DNA of 63,109 bases, filler included, from Octopus bimaculoides (GCF_001194135.2; 5 parts of 5 records of this genome joined end to end with filler, not necessarily neighbours in it), one strand, 5' to 3'; positions 46,813-62,010 are shown, numbered from the whole stretch's first letter. Notes: a model not told the origin generated them from the letters alone. Numbers and translations are program-made.

Positions 46813-48196
46813 NNNNNNNNNNNNNNNNNNNNNNNNNNNNNNNNNNNNNNNNNNNNNNNNNNNNNNNNNNNNNNNNNNNNNNNNNNNNNNNNNNNNNNNN
46901 NNNNNNNNNNNNNNNNNNNNNNNNNNNNNNNNNNNNNNNNNNNNNNNNNNNNNNNNNNNNNNNNNNNNNNNNNNNNNNNNNNNNNNNNNNNNNNNNNNNN
47001 NNNNNNNNNNNNNNNNNNNNNNNNNNNNNNNNNNNNNNNNNNNNNNNNNNNNNNNNNNNNNNNNNNNNNNNNNNNNNNNNNNNNNNNNNNNNNNNNNNNN
47101 NNNNNNNNNNNNNNNNNNNNNNNNNNNNNNNNNNNNNNNNNNNNNNNNNNNNNNNNNNNNNNNNNNNNNNNNNNNNNNNNNNNNNNNNNNNNNNNNNNNN
47201 NNNNNNNNNNNNNNNNNNNNNNNNNNNNNNNNNNNNNNNNNNNNNNNNNNNNNNNNNNNNNNNNNNNNNNNNNNNNNNNNNNNNNNNNNNNNNNNNNNNN
47301 NNNNNNNNNNNNNNNNNNNNNNNNNNNNNNNNNNNNNNNNNNNNNNNNNNNNNNNNNNNNNNNNNNNNNNNNNNNNNNNNNNNNNNNNNNNNNNNNNNNN
47401 NNNNNNNNNNNNNNNNNNNNNNNNNNNNNNNNNNNNNNNNNNNNNNNNNNNNNNNNNNNNNNNNNNNNNNNNNNNNNNNNNNNNNNNNNNNNNNNNNNNN
47501 NNNNNNNNNNNNNNNNNNNNNNNNNNNNNNNNNNNNNNNNNNNNNNNNNNNNNNNNNNNNNNNNNNNNNNNNNNNNNNNNNNNNNNNNNNNNNNNNNNNN
47601 NNNNNNNNNNNNNNNNNNNNNNNNNNNNNNNNNNNNNNNNNNNNNNNNNNNNNNNNNNNNNNNNNNNNNNNNNNNNNNNNNNNNNNNNNNNNNNNNNNNN
47701 NNNNNNNNNNNNNNNNNNNNNNNNNNNNNNNNNNNNNNNNNNNNNNNNNNNNNNNNNNNNNNNNNNNATATATATATATATATATATATACATATATATA
47801 CATACATATTTATATACCGAAAGGAGGAGAGAGAGACAGAGAGAGATTGCTGGGCTGGGGGAAGTGATGAGAAAGAAGTATAAAGTAACTTAAAAGATTT
47901 TAATATGAAGAAATAAATCTGGTTCTACGTATCCCAAAATAAATATACATATTCTCTGTGCGTGTGTGTGTCTCTCACAGTTTCTCTCTCTTTCTCCGCT
48001 TAATGTCTTTCATACTTTGATAAACTTTCTATACATCCGTAAATGCTTTGTTTTCACGACTGTATATCTTAATTTTTTGTAATCGTGCCGTCTGTTGTCA
48101 CTGTGCTAAATAAAAGAAATTACATCACTATCATAATCTTTAGAATTATTTGCAGTGGTAGTGATGGTGGTAGTAGTAGCAGCAGCAGCAGCAGCG

Positions 48197-48244
<48 letters not shown>

Positions 48245-48356
48245 TTAGTTGGTGGTGGTAGTAGTAGTAGTAGTAGTGGTTTCCTATCACATGTCAGGTG
48301 TACGGTTCTAAACCATAATGGAAAATGTCTTTTATCTCTTGATTATTCATTCACAC

Positions 48357-48429
48357 TTGAGAGTGAATGTCACGAGAGGAAATTAATATATAAGATATTT
48401 ATTTTTCCTCTCGTGACATTCAATCTTAA
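48357..48429. ncRNA. Pre-miRNA-like hairpin (candidate)
   Basis: 19-bp perfect stem (48364-48382 with 48404-48422), extended basally with one mismatch, and an AT-rich apical region. Confidence 0.35.
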
Positions 48430-48529
48430 ACGCTTTCTGCCGTGTTGCAAACAAAATGTAAGTGGGGGGAAAAACACACACACACACACACACACACACA
48501 AACCAAGGAAAAGAAAAGGATAGGCAACG

Positions 48530-48748
48530 ATTGAGCGAGAGAGAGAGAGTGTGCGAGAGAGAGAGTGGGGAAGAGTGAGAGAGAGTATATAGAGGGGAGA
48601 AAGAAAAGAGATAGAGTGAGTGGAATAGCGAAAGAGTGAAATAAATATACATATATACAAAGAATGAGAGAAAGTGTGATAGGGAGACGACTGAAGCGAG
48701 AGAAAGTAAGAGGGGCTTAAGAGAAAAGTAAGAGAGAGAGAGAGCGAA

Positions 48749-48841
<93 letters not shown>

Positions 48842-49130
48842 GAGTGAGGGAAAGAGCGGTTGTAAAGAAAAGTGAATTCAACAAAGAATGGAATGAAATA
48901 ATATTTTGTCACGGAGTATGATATGGTGAGTGAATGATCTGTAAAAGAAATGTATAAGTGTGAGAGATATGTAGAGAGAGAGAGAGAGAGAGTGAGAGTA
49001 AAAGAGGGAGTGAGAGAAAGAGAAGAGAAGAGAGAGAAGGAAAGAGAAGAGAGAGAAGGAAAGAGAAGGAGAGAGTGGAAAAGAGAGAAGGGGAGAAAGA
49101 GAGTATTAGTGAATGTGTAAGAGAAGAGAG
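48530..49130. repeat. (GA)n-rich purine tract
   Basis: Seen directly. Confidence 0.95.
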
Positions 49131-51659
49131 AGCGTGTGTGAGTTTGGTTATTATGAGAATGTACAAGTGTACATGTCGATTGTGTTTTGCGTAGTTTTGG
49201 TATTGTTGTGCTCGGATGAGGAAGGCCCTTCCATGAGCCTTGTTAGGGTCTATGAGCCTGGTGGAGAGTGGGGAAGACAGAAAACTGTCTCCAAACCAGA
49301 AATCATGACTTGGGGGATTTTTGCAGCAGAATGGGCTTAAGGTACCTAAGAATCTGTCGTGGTGTTAAATCAAGTGAATGGTTGAATCATTGGTTCTGAA
49401 CCAGGGTCCATATGTGATTTTTTACTCAAATTTTTGTTGATAGACACTTAATCCTCAAACTTTTCTTTCACCGTTGCATTATACATGGCCCAGCATCCCG
49501 GCACTCCTTGGGTCTCACTAAACTTGCCTTTATTCTCAGTTGCTTCTCAATTTCGATATACAATACTGGTGTAGCCCCGACTATGACCACATATCAGTTG
49601 GTTGACTTCACAATCTCCGCCCTTTTCAGCAACCTCATTCTAGAGTTACACAGTCGATGACTTTATGAACGTCATCTTCTTCACTGGTGAACATCTCATT
49701 GCTTTCATTGATTTTAATGACGAATAAATACTTGCTTCTGTGGATCACAAAACCAAGAAGGACTAAGTTGTCTGAGTTTGGTCTCTGTTGAAAAAATGTA
49801 TTTATATCGATGGTATTGAAACGACGAGTCTCATAATACAATATCATAAAACATTTCTTCGAAAAAAAACAAAAAAAAACAAAACAAAACGATGTGACTT
49901 GAAATATTTCAGGATCAGTACATTTTTGTATGACAATTATATCTATTTCAACTTAGAGTTCGTATTATGTAGTGAAATCCCTTAGGTTCAGAATATTATT
50001 CTTTCCACGTTTTTCTCTTGTCCTTACTCACAGCTGCTTTTCATTTTCGCTGCACTTATTACCGGCTGGTCACTAATATAGACACACCAAATATGTCCAC
50101 CTGTTTATTAGTTGCTTTGGGGGCTCAGATCTTCACCTTCTTCACGGCCTAACTCTAAAGTTCTACTGTTGTTACGTTGACAACTTTACGGCTGCCCCTT
50201 CCCACACAGCGGACTGCTCACCGCTTTTATTGCCTTCAGGTATTCCCTCAACCCTGCCTTAGAATTCACCTCTAACTTCACAGGTAGATCTTTTTTCTAT
50301 TCACTATACCAACCTATTCACCTATATCTCACGACAGATTATCCTAATTACTTCATATCTGCTATGCTCTAATCTCTATTCTTCTACCAACCTACCAACA
50401 ATCTGCCTGTGTCTCGTCAAAGACAGTACCCCAGTCTCCTGCTATATATCCGTCCCAAACTTTTCTCCAACCTCAGCTCTCTCCAACCGCCCAACTTCTC
50501 CGACGGAACCTCTTACAAAACATCTGCTTTCTCTTATCTGACTATACTTCTTCCCACATCTTTCCTAAATACTCACTTCAGACGTGATCGCAGCGTAGGT
50601 GACTTTCTGGTTCGCAGTTCTTTTTGCAAGACAAGCAAGTGCATCGACAAGGCTTGGTCAATGGTGACGATGTAGGGCAAGCTTGTTCAGATGAGCGGAT
50701 GTCATTAAAGTGGCAGAGGAAGAGGACTTGTACGTCTGTTTGCAACTGTCGCTGAACGCTGGTTGATCGTTGTCTTATTGCTGCAGTTTATAATGGCATC
50801 GGTGCCATTCGAATGCGGGTCTAAATTAAGTATTGCAAATGAATAGCAGCAGTTCAGTGCTTCAAATTTTTCTAACCCTGAAGTGCAAACCTCGCAATGC
50901 CTGTAGAAGCCACCTTAAAAGATTATGAGTGACCGAGGAGGGGTTTAACGGTTATCTCAACTTTGAAGAGTTTAGCCAAATGTTCATGCGTATGGAGATG
51001 TAATTTTCCTCGTTTAATGAATATTGTGATTATGTCAAACAACACTATAGTGAGTGTCATGTCTCCATCGAAGGATTTTTGTCAAGATCCCTATGCATGT
51101 AAGCTATGCCAATCTGGCCTGAAGTATCTTAGTTAGAAATGATACACCAGTATGCACGGTGAAGGAAGAGTTAAAGATGTTATAATTCTTATAGTTGTGT
51201 GTGCGTGTGTTTAGAAGTATAACAAGAAGCATTGATATACACAAGTGAGGACAACATAAACGAACCGTTAGATTGGCCAGAGTCACTGGAATGTCAAGAG
51301 CAGAAATGTTTTTGTTGAATTTCTGAAGGATGAGATACAATTTGTACGTGAAGTAGGAAAACAAATCGTGATAAATCTCGTTCTATAGAAAGTTTTGTAT
51401 CCATTAGAATGTGAAGAGATTGAAGTAATTGTTTACGGCTGTTTCACGTTTGAAATGTTAGTAGGGAGAGCTATAGGTCACTGATTAGAAGATCGCAGAA
51501 GTTGACTTTCTTGCATGCTTCATATGTTGCGTTATGTATAGGTCACAAATGTTTGTAGGTTTCAGTATTATTATTTTTTTATTATTATTATTTTTTTATT
51601 ATAATTTTTTATTATTATTTTTTTATTATTATTTTTTTATTATTATTATCTAGTCAGAT

Positions 51660-51880
51660 AAGGGTGGCAAGCTGGCAGAATCGTTGCCGCATCGGCAAAA
51701 AATTCTTGGCAGGATTTCATCCATCCTTACGCTCTGAGTTCAAATTCCACCGAGGTCGACTTTGCATTTCATACTTTCAGGGTCGATAAAATAATTTCCA
51801 GTTTAGCACTGGGGTCGATGTCATCGATTCACCTCCCACAAAAATGCTGACCTTGCGCCAAAATTCGAAACCTTTATTTA
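51660..51880 (+). mobile_element. Type B SINE
   Basis: Head, core and tail present. Confidence 0.88.
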
Positions 51881-52209
51881 ATCAGATAGAAAAGTGTTGT
51901 ACCGGTGTCCATCTATTTTTCTTTTTAATCCAGCTCTACATTACACTCTCTGGGTAAATTTCCACAGAACGTAAACTTTTTCCACTTCAACATGTTACCT
52001 CCATTGCATATATATACACACCAAGTCTGGAAGTACCTCTGGTCGTTTCAAACCAATGCAGTAACGAATACATACGTAGTTCTATTGGTCACAAATCCAA
52101 GATAGACTACACTAAGTACTTCAGTTTACTCTCTATTGAAAGGGATATTTTTGTGTTGATGCAATTGAATCATGATCTTATAATATAACCAGATCGTAAA
52201 ATATGGGTC

Positions 52210-52405
52210 TCAAATTTTGGCATTAGGTTTGGGGAGGGGCTAAGTCGATTAAATCGACTCCAGTGTTCAAACGGTACTTATTTTATCAACCCAAAATGAA
52301 TGAAAGGTAAAGTCGACCCCGGCGGAATTGAACTCGGAACGTAAAGACGAATGAAATGCTACTATGCATTTTGTTCGGCGTTCTAAAGTTTCTGTCAGCT
52401 CGCCG
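52210..52405 (-). mobile_element. Type B SINE, convergent with the 51660 copy
   Basis: Reverse complement of the core. Confidence 0.88.
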
Positions 52406-53106
52406 CCATTTAGGGATCAGTTTATGTACGACGACTCATATTACCTACAATTTTCAGTCCGTGCTGTATATGTCTTTTGTCCTTGCCCTCAGCTGCTTCA
52501 TATTTTCGACGTACGTCTACTAGAAGGTCACTGGTATGGTATATATATATATATATATACACACACACAAGGCGAGTTAAGTTTAGCCCTCGGCAACTAA
52601 GTAAGGGTAACTGATAAGGATCAATAAGATCCGAAATCGTCGATGATCTGATTCTATCTCACTTGCTGTAGGGGGCTTGTCTCCCTTGTTAGTCATTAGC
52701 TAAGTGCTTGCTCGTGGCTAAGAGATGTTTTGACTCTTATTTCTAGCAACGCTGATGCTGACTTTTATCCTTAGTCACTTGAGGGACTATTTTACTTGTG
52801 CCTGTTGTTTGTAATAGCCACCTTAATAATTTGTATATATATAGATATACAAATAGATATTGTATATAAATGTACAAATAGAGAGATAATTTATTTTTAT
52901 TGTATATAGATATAGTTTATTTTTAAAAAGGAATATTGTTGATAGTGACTTCGAGTTTTCGGCCAGTAAGCATCGTCGGACTGCTTTGAATAATAAACTT
53001 GTACTCTACAAAAGTATAGAGTTAACTTTTAGATTAAAGTAAAAAAAAATTTTATTACAACTAAGCATAAGGTCAAATGTACACGAACATACCACGCACA
53101 CACACA

Positions 53107-53149
<43 letters not shown>

Positions 53150-53159
53150 ACACTCAAAT

Positions 53160-53221
<62 letters not shown>

Positions 53222-53669
53222 CGCCAATCTGCAGCCCATATTATGTACAGAAATAGCTTAAAGTTTGTACGATTACTTTTTATCATAACCGTTATGTCAG
53301 AGTAGTCGGTTCTGCACTTAATTTTTATCAATTCTTCTCTCTACTCGTTTTCCTCTTGTCATTCTTTTAGATGAAACTCTTACGTTGAAAACTTTAAAAC
53401 TGTTTCATTTCTCCTGTCTTCCCTCTTTAAATTAATAACGCCTATATTGTAATTTGCTATTTTCGTGTGGTTTTTTCTTAAATAGTTTTTGCTATTCCTT
53501 AACAAAACTGATGCATCACTTTATTGCTACTTTACGTTTCCTGTAGCTATTACGTTTGTCACGGTAAGTTATTACAACGGAAGACGCAGACGAGCGATAG
53601 AATAACGCTTCAGCTTCTTATAAATGAATAAAAAAATAAGAACACTTTTACATCACTTGCGTTCTATTT

Positions 53670-55970
<2,301 letters not shown>

Positions 55971-56285
55971 TATNNNNNNNNNNNNNNNNNNNNNNNNNNN
56001 NNNNNNNNNNNNNNNNNNNNNNNNNNNNNNNNNNNNNNNNNNNNNNNNNNNNNNNNNNNNNNNNNNNNNNNNNNNNNNNNNNNNNNNNNNNNNNNNNNNN
56101 NNNNNNNNNNNNNNNNNNNNNNNNNNNNNNNNNNNNNNNNNNNNNNNNNNNNNNNNNNNNNNNNNNNNNNNNNNNNNNNNNNNNNNNNNNNNNNNNNNNN
56201 NNNNNNNNNNNNNNNNNNNNNNNNNNNNNNNNNNNNNNNNNNNNNNNNNNNNNNNNNNNNNNNNNNNNNNNNNNNNNNNNNNNNN

Positions 56286-57393
56286 AAAAACGAGCATTTT
56301 CGACACCTCCTTCTTTTTGCTTTTAATCAAGGTTCTAAGGCCGCAAAAGCTGCTCGCGACATTTGTGCTGTGTATGGAGAGGGTGCAATATCTGAAAGAA
56401 CCGCTCGTGATTGGTATGCCAAGTTCAAAAATGGAAATGTTGACCTCAAAGACACACCTCGTTCTGGTTGTCCAGTTGAGTTCGATGAAGAGCGATTAAA
56501 CCAACTTTTGCACCAAAATTCTCGTCAAACGACAAGGGAACTGGCAGAGAAAATGGAATGCTCCCACACTGCTATAGAGAAGCATCTTCATTCCATGGGA
56601 AAGGTTCAGAAGTATGGAGCATGGGTTCCGCATGCTGTGACAACAACAAAAATCAACGAGCCACAATCTCCGCTGGTTTGCTTGCTCGTCACCGCTGAAC
56701 TCATGGACACAAGCATCGATTTCTTTACCGAATCGTTACTGGCGACGAAAAATGGTGCCTGTACATCAATATGAAGCAGCTTAAGGAATGACTTAGCCCC
56801 GATAAACAAGCGACACAGCGCGTGAAACAAGATCTTTATCCGCGTAAATCGATGCTGTGCGTATGGCGGGACTGGGAAGGGATTATCCATTACGAATTGC
56901 TTGAACAGAACCATACGGTCAACGCGGAACTCTATGTTCAGCAGATGGAGCGACTGAAGACGGCTATTCAAGAGAAAAGACTTAATCGTCAGCATGGAGT
57001 TCTTCTGCTGCACGACAACACCCGCTCTCATATCACCAATATGATCAAGGAAGCCATTCAAACGCGTGGCCAGGAAGTGCTGCCACACCCACCGTACTTT
57101 CCTGGTTTAGCAACAACGGATTTCCGCCTGTTTCGATCTCTTTCAAATGCTATGCGCGGAGTTTCGTTCAATACTGATGCAGAATTAAGAGCTTAGTTGG
57201 ATCAATTTTTCGAGTCGAAAGCGGGTGATTTCAACCAACGAGGTATTGAAAATCTTGTTGAACGATGGGAAGAAGTTGTAATCAACAAGGGTGAATACAT
57301 TATTGATTAATTATTCGTTATTTTTTATTAAATCTTTAAGAAAATTAAAAATTGAAAAAATAAAAGACGGCGGGAACTTAGTTTCCAACCTAA
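56286..57393 (+). mobile_element. Mariner (DD34D) transposon, inactive; 5' end lies in the gap
   Basis: N-terminal HTH (KNEHFRHLLLFAF..), WVPHA, TGDEKW, HDN followed after 34 aa by D in YFPGLATTDF, stop at 57308-57310, and a right TIR ending ...gtttccaacctaa followed by TA. One frameshift after WVPHA and three in-frame stops. Confidence 0.96.
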
Positions 57394-57417
57394 TATATAT
57401 ATATATATATATGTATA

Positions 57418-57517
57418 NNNNNNNNNNNNNNNNNNNNNNNNNNNNNNNNNNNNNNNNNNNNTTAATTAATTAANNNNNNNNNNNNNNNNNNNNNNNNNNN
57501 NNNNNNNNNNNNNNNNN
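57418..57517. other. Artificial 100-bp scaffold spacer
   Basis: 44N-TTAATTAATTAA-44N. Confidence 0.95.
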
Positions 57518-58010
57518 ATTGGGTCCACAAGGTCAAAACCGCTTTTGCCCCAGCCCAATCAGCTGTAGGTAAAATGTTCACATTTAAGAGCTTTGCTCCA
57601 CTTCCACCCACACCCCGTCGGATAGTATCCTCAATCCAATCAGGTTCTATACCGGGTGGCAGCCCACAAATCCAAGCCCTAGTTAATTTCTTCCCACAGT
57701 GTGTGGGAAGAAACAGAATTTTTACCCCTTCTAAGGGCTGGCTCGCAAACTTGCGAGCCACCTCAGGGGTGTCAAATAGCAACCAAACCGTCGCGTATTT
57801 TATACCCCTTGCCATAAACTTAATAGTTGGCAGATATTCTGCCAACTCTTTTTCGATTTCAACTTTGGGAAAGACCGTAATGGTGTCGAGTAACCTAGAG
57901 TAGGTCCGTAACGCCACCGTTCTTTCCCTGAAATCATTTAACCACTTCTTGGATGGGATAATCTCCCACTCCACAGCAGTGGCCTTATTTTTCTTTATGT
58001 TCTCTGCCAT
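57518..58010 (-). CDS. Uninterrupted ORF (>=164 aa, cut by the gap); probable ORF1 of an L1/Tx1-type LINE
   Basis: MAENIKKNK...ATVWLLFDTPEVARKF...RAWICGLPPGIEPDWIE: RRM-like pattern (V.F...e.A; I.GLP..i) typical of LINE ORF1. T-rich 5' leader with a GC-rich start at ~58260. Confidence 0.6.
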
Positions 58011-59082
58011 GATAAAAATGTCCACATAAAAATTAAACAACGAAAAATTTTAAAAACAGGCAAAAATAGAAAACAGTTAAAAAAAGCGGAAGAAATAAAA
58101 TAAACAGTTCGTACTAAAAAAGTTCATAAAAGAAGGAGAAAGGAAATACAACAGTTCAGAAAGAATAAATAAAATATAAAGTTCCAAGCAGAATAACAAA
58201 TTTTCAGGCCACAACGGTACTCTGGCCCGATTTGATCCCGGCTCCGCTGCAGACGTCACTTTGCTGGTAAAAATGAAATNNNNNNNNNNNNNNNNNNNNN
58301 NNNNNNNAGGAAGACTTTTCTTTAAATCTATTAGCTTTCAAAACTTGGTTTGAAAACAATAAATTCCTTTTCTGTTTTAAGCAAAGTTCACAATATTCAT
58401 TTGTAGTTCTCAATTCACGGCTTGAAAACAACAAACCTTCACAAACTAAATTCACAATTTTTCGAGGATTGATACCTCCAAAACACTCTTCTCACCGCTA
58501 AGTGAGACATTAAGCACAGCCACAGGCAGACAAATGCGTGGAATTCAGTGGAGACATAAATATAAATACACACGAGCAACAAACCCCCACCATATCCCCC
58601 AAAACACAAAAGTTTTACCTGTAGTTGTACGTGAAAATTGACGACGCTGGCATTCAGTGACGCTTCAACAGGGAGAAAAAAACAAACAAACACGTCCGCT
58701 TGCTACTGCCACACAGACATTCCTGCGCCTATATATATATAAACCCTTTAAGGCGGCGATCCAGCATAGCAGCAGTCAAATGATTAAAGCGTGTAAAAGA
58801 GTGTGTGTGTGCGCGCGTTTATAGATCGTTACTGCTTCAGTTGCTTCATCAATGCGCATGTCTGTATGTGCATGTATATTAGTAAAAGGTTATCGAATAT
58901 TTTCATAACTGCACATACATGTGGATTTTCATGGCCCATTTCAATTTACGTATGATAGTTTATCTGTGTGTGCTTGTGTATAGATGTTTACTGTCTAAAT
59001 TGATTCATGTGTGGATGTGTGTGAATGTTAGTAACGTGTCATGTAATCAAATCAGTTTGTTAATATATATGTATATATATAT

Positions 59083-59424
59083 ATCAAATTTAAATAATTA
59101 GAAAATGGAGAAAACTTTTGATTAGCAAAGAAATTGACCCACATCGGTTGAATATTTTTTTATATAAAACATGACATAACATTTCTTACGGCCGTTTCCG
59201 ATTCCAATCTTAGTCGGTGCTTATGAAAGAAATTCCGAAAATAATATTCGTCATCTTCATAGCATATTCGATCTAGTACACGGAGCTTCATCAGAGTGAA
59301 GCGGAAACGGCCGTAAGAAATGTTATGTCATATTTTGTATTAAAAAAATAATCAACCGATGTGGTTCAATTTCTTTGTTTGTTGATCAAAAGTTTTATCC
59401 ATTTTCTGATTATTTAAATTTGAT
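59083..59424. repeat. Fold-back element with ~120-bp inverted arms and a 101-bp spacer
   Basis: Arms at 59083-59200 and 59302-59424; the inner ~28 bp are a perfect match. Confidence 0.92.
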
Positions 59425-59744
59425 TCCTGATAAACTTTTGTTTATTCTGTTGTTACTGTACCCTATGCGCATAGTGTGCCTGCATATCCATGCCCAGGGT
59501 TAGCATAGATAATTGATATCGATAGTGAATACGCATACTATTATCCCTTAGACGGTTAATACAACCGCTATTCGTTTTTGTATATTTGTTTCCTTTTGCA
59601 CAATATCAAAATAACGGCTAAACATTTTTCTGAAGCAGCACCCCAGCTAATTTTATGAACGAACCGCCACTACGATTACGAAAAACGTTCTAAATCATAA
59701 TTAACATTTCGGATTATAATTAGTGTTAGGATTTCAGGTTACTC

Positions 59745-59951
59745 TTTTACTCTTTTTACTCTTTTATTTGTTTCAGTCATTTGACTGTGGCCATGCTGGA
59801 GCACCACCTTTAGTCGAGCAAATCGACCCCAGGACTTATTCTTTGTAAGCCTAGTACTTATTCTATCGGTCTCTTTTTGCCGAACCGCTAAGTGACGGGG
59901 ACATAAACATACCAGCATTGGTTGTCAAGCAATGCTAAGGGGACAAACACA

Positions 59952-59992
<41 letters not shown>

Positions 59993-60152
59993 GCACACGC
60001 ACACATATATATATATATACATACATACGACGGGCTCCTTTCAATTTCCGTCTACCAAATCCACTCACAAGACACTTGCCCAAGATGCCACGCAGTGGCA
60101 CTGAACCCGGAACCATGTGGTTGGTAAGCAAGCTACTTACCACACAGCCACA
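59745..60152 (-). mobile_element. Full-length type C SINE
   Basis: Near-identical to 13170-13572, with a short internal deletion. Confidence 0.92.
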
Positions 60153-60659
60153 CATTTACGAATTTAGGGGTACAAATTAGTAATTCTAACTGGAAACTCT
60201 AAACGCACAACCACTCCAGCCTCTGGCCAACTGGCGAGCTGTCTCCTCCCTATGCATTTTCTTACTTAAGCCCCTTATCCCCTACGGAGCATAAACCACC
60301 CATCACTTTTCTTTACTGTTCTTGTTTCCGGGCTATCTCTTCTGCTCCACTTGTAGGTCTCAGGCCACTTGATGTGTTATTTGATGTGTTATTTGTTTCC
60401 TTAAGGGAAACAAATGTGTTATTTGTTTCCTTAAGGGAAGGTCTTCTCACAAGTCTTGTTGGTTTTGAATTCTCATCGATGAATCTGAAACTTGGCTTTT
60501 TATCTCCTGATAATTGTTTTGGGTTCAGGACTCGTTTTAAATTTAGAGTCAGTAATTAGGGTCCAGTTTAAGGTAAATAATTACAGATAAAGTTTAAGGT
60601 TCAGGTTAGGGGTTGATAGTTAAAGATAATGTTTAGCGTCCAGGTTTAGAAATTAATTG

Positions 60660-60800
60660 TCAACAAGAAGTTTGCTTCCCAACCACATGGTTCCGGGTTC
60701 AGTCCCTCTGCGTGGCACCTTCGGCAAGTGTCTTCTAGTATAGGCTCGGACCTAATAAAACCTTGTGAGTGAATTTGGTAGACGGAAACTGAAAGAAGAG
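60660..60800 (+). mobile_element. Type C SINE 5' half
   Basis: ccaaccacatggttccgggttcagtcc...cggcaagtgtcttcta...ggtagacggaaactgaaagaag. Confidence 0.9.
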
Positions 60801-61333
60801 AGAGGAAAGAAAGAAAGAAAATGATGGAGAGGGAGAGAGAGAGAAGAGAGAGAAAAAGAGAGGGAAAGAGAGAGAGGAAGAGAGAAAGAGAGTGCGGTGA
60901 GGGCAAAAATGGAAGCTTGGTCTATCAAGTGGAACAGTGTGTACCGAATATGGACGAATTCAGGAAGCGATAGTAACTGGACTGGAAAGTCACCCGAGTC
61001 TCTAGAAATAGAGCGACGGAACGAGAAGCGTCAACCGCGAATTCGAGGAACAATCACGAATATAGGTGTGTGTGCGTGTGTGTATGTTTGTGTGTGTGTG
61101 TTTGTGTGTGTGTGTGTGAGTGTGTGTCTTCCAACGGCTTAGTGATTCTGTCAATTCGCTTGCCTTTAAACAATTATGTTTAGGTCAGTGCACACATACA
61201 TACATACATACATAAATATATAATACATACATGTACGTATATATATATATGTGTGTGTGCTTGTGTATATATGTGTGTATGTAAATGTATGCATGTATGC
61301 ATGTATGCATGTATCTCTCTCTCTCTCTCTCTC

Positions 61334-61374
<41 letters not shown>

Positions 61375-61772
61375 ATAAAGAGAGCAATGGTAAGGTTGGA
61401 AAAATATTTTATGGATAGAGTCTTACAGCTGTTTCTGGGAAGATCCAGTACTTCCTTTCATCGGAGACAGAAAAAGTAAAGGAATCGATTATTANNNNNN
61501 NNNNNNNNNNNNNNNNNNNNNNNNNNNNNNNNNNNNNNNNNNNNNNNNNNNNNNNNNNNNNNNNNNNNNNNNNNNNNNNNNNNNNNNNNNNNNNNNNNNN
61601 NNNNNNNNNNNNNNNNNNNNNNNNNNNNNNNNNNNNNNNNNNNNNNNNNNNNNNNNNNNNNNNNNNNNNNNNNNNNNNNNNNNNNNNNNNNNNNNNNNNN
61701 NNNNNNNNNNNNNNNNNNNNNNNNNNNNNNNNNNNNNNNNNNNNNNNNNNNNNNNNNNNNNNNNNNNNNNNN

Positions 61773-61813
<41 letters not shown>

Positions 61814-61844
61814 AAAAGATATTATTGTTAATGAATCTTTTCTA

Positions 61845-62010
61845 CTCTAGGCACAAAGTCCGAAATTTTGGGGGAGAGGTCAGTCGATTAGATCGACCGC
61901 TGTACGCAACTGGTACTTAATTTATCGACCCGGAAAAGATGAAAGGAAGTCGACCTCGGTGGGATTTGAACTCAGAACGTAAAGACAGACGAAATACCGT
62001 CGACCATTTC
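61845..62010 (-). mobile_element. Type B SINE
   Basis: Reverse complement of the core and tail. Confidence 0.85.

Noticed and set aside
49230-50700. Faint LINE-like peptides (VVIVGA; ORF1-like stretches) on the minus strand
   Set aside because: Too decayed to assign without a search.
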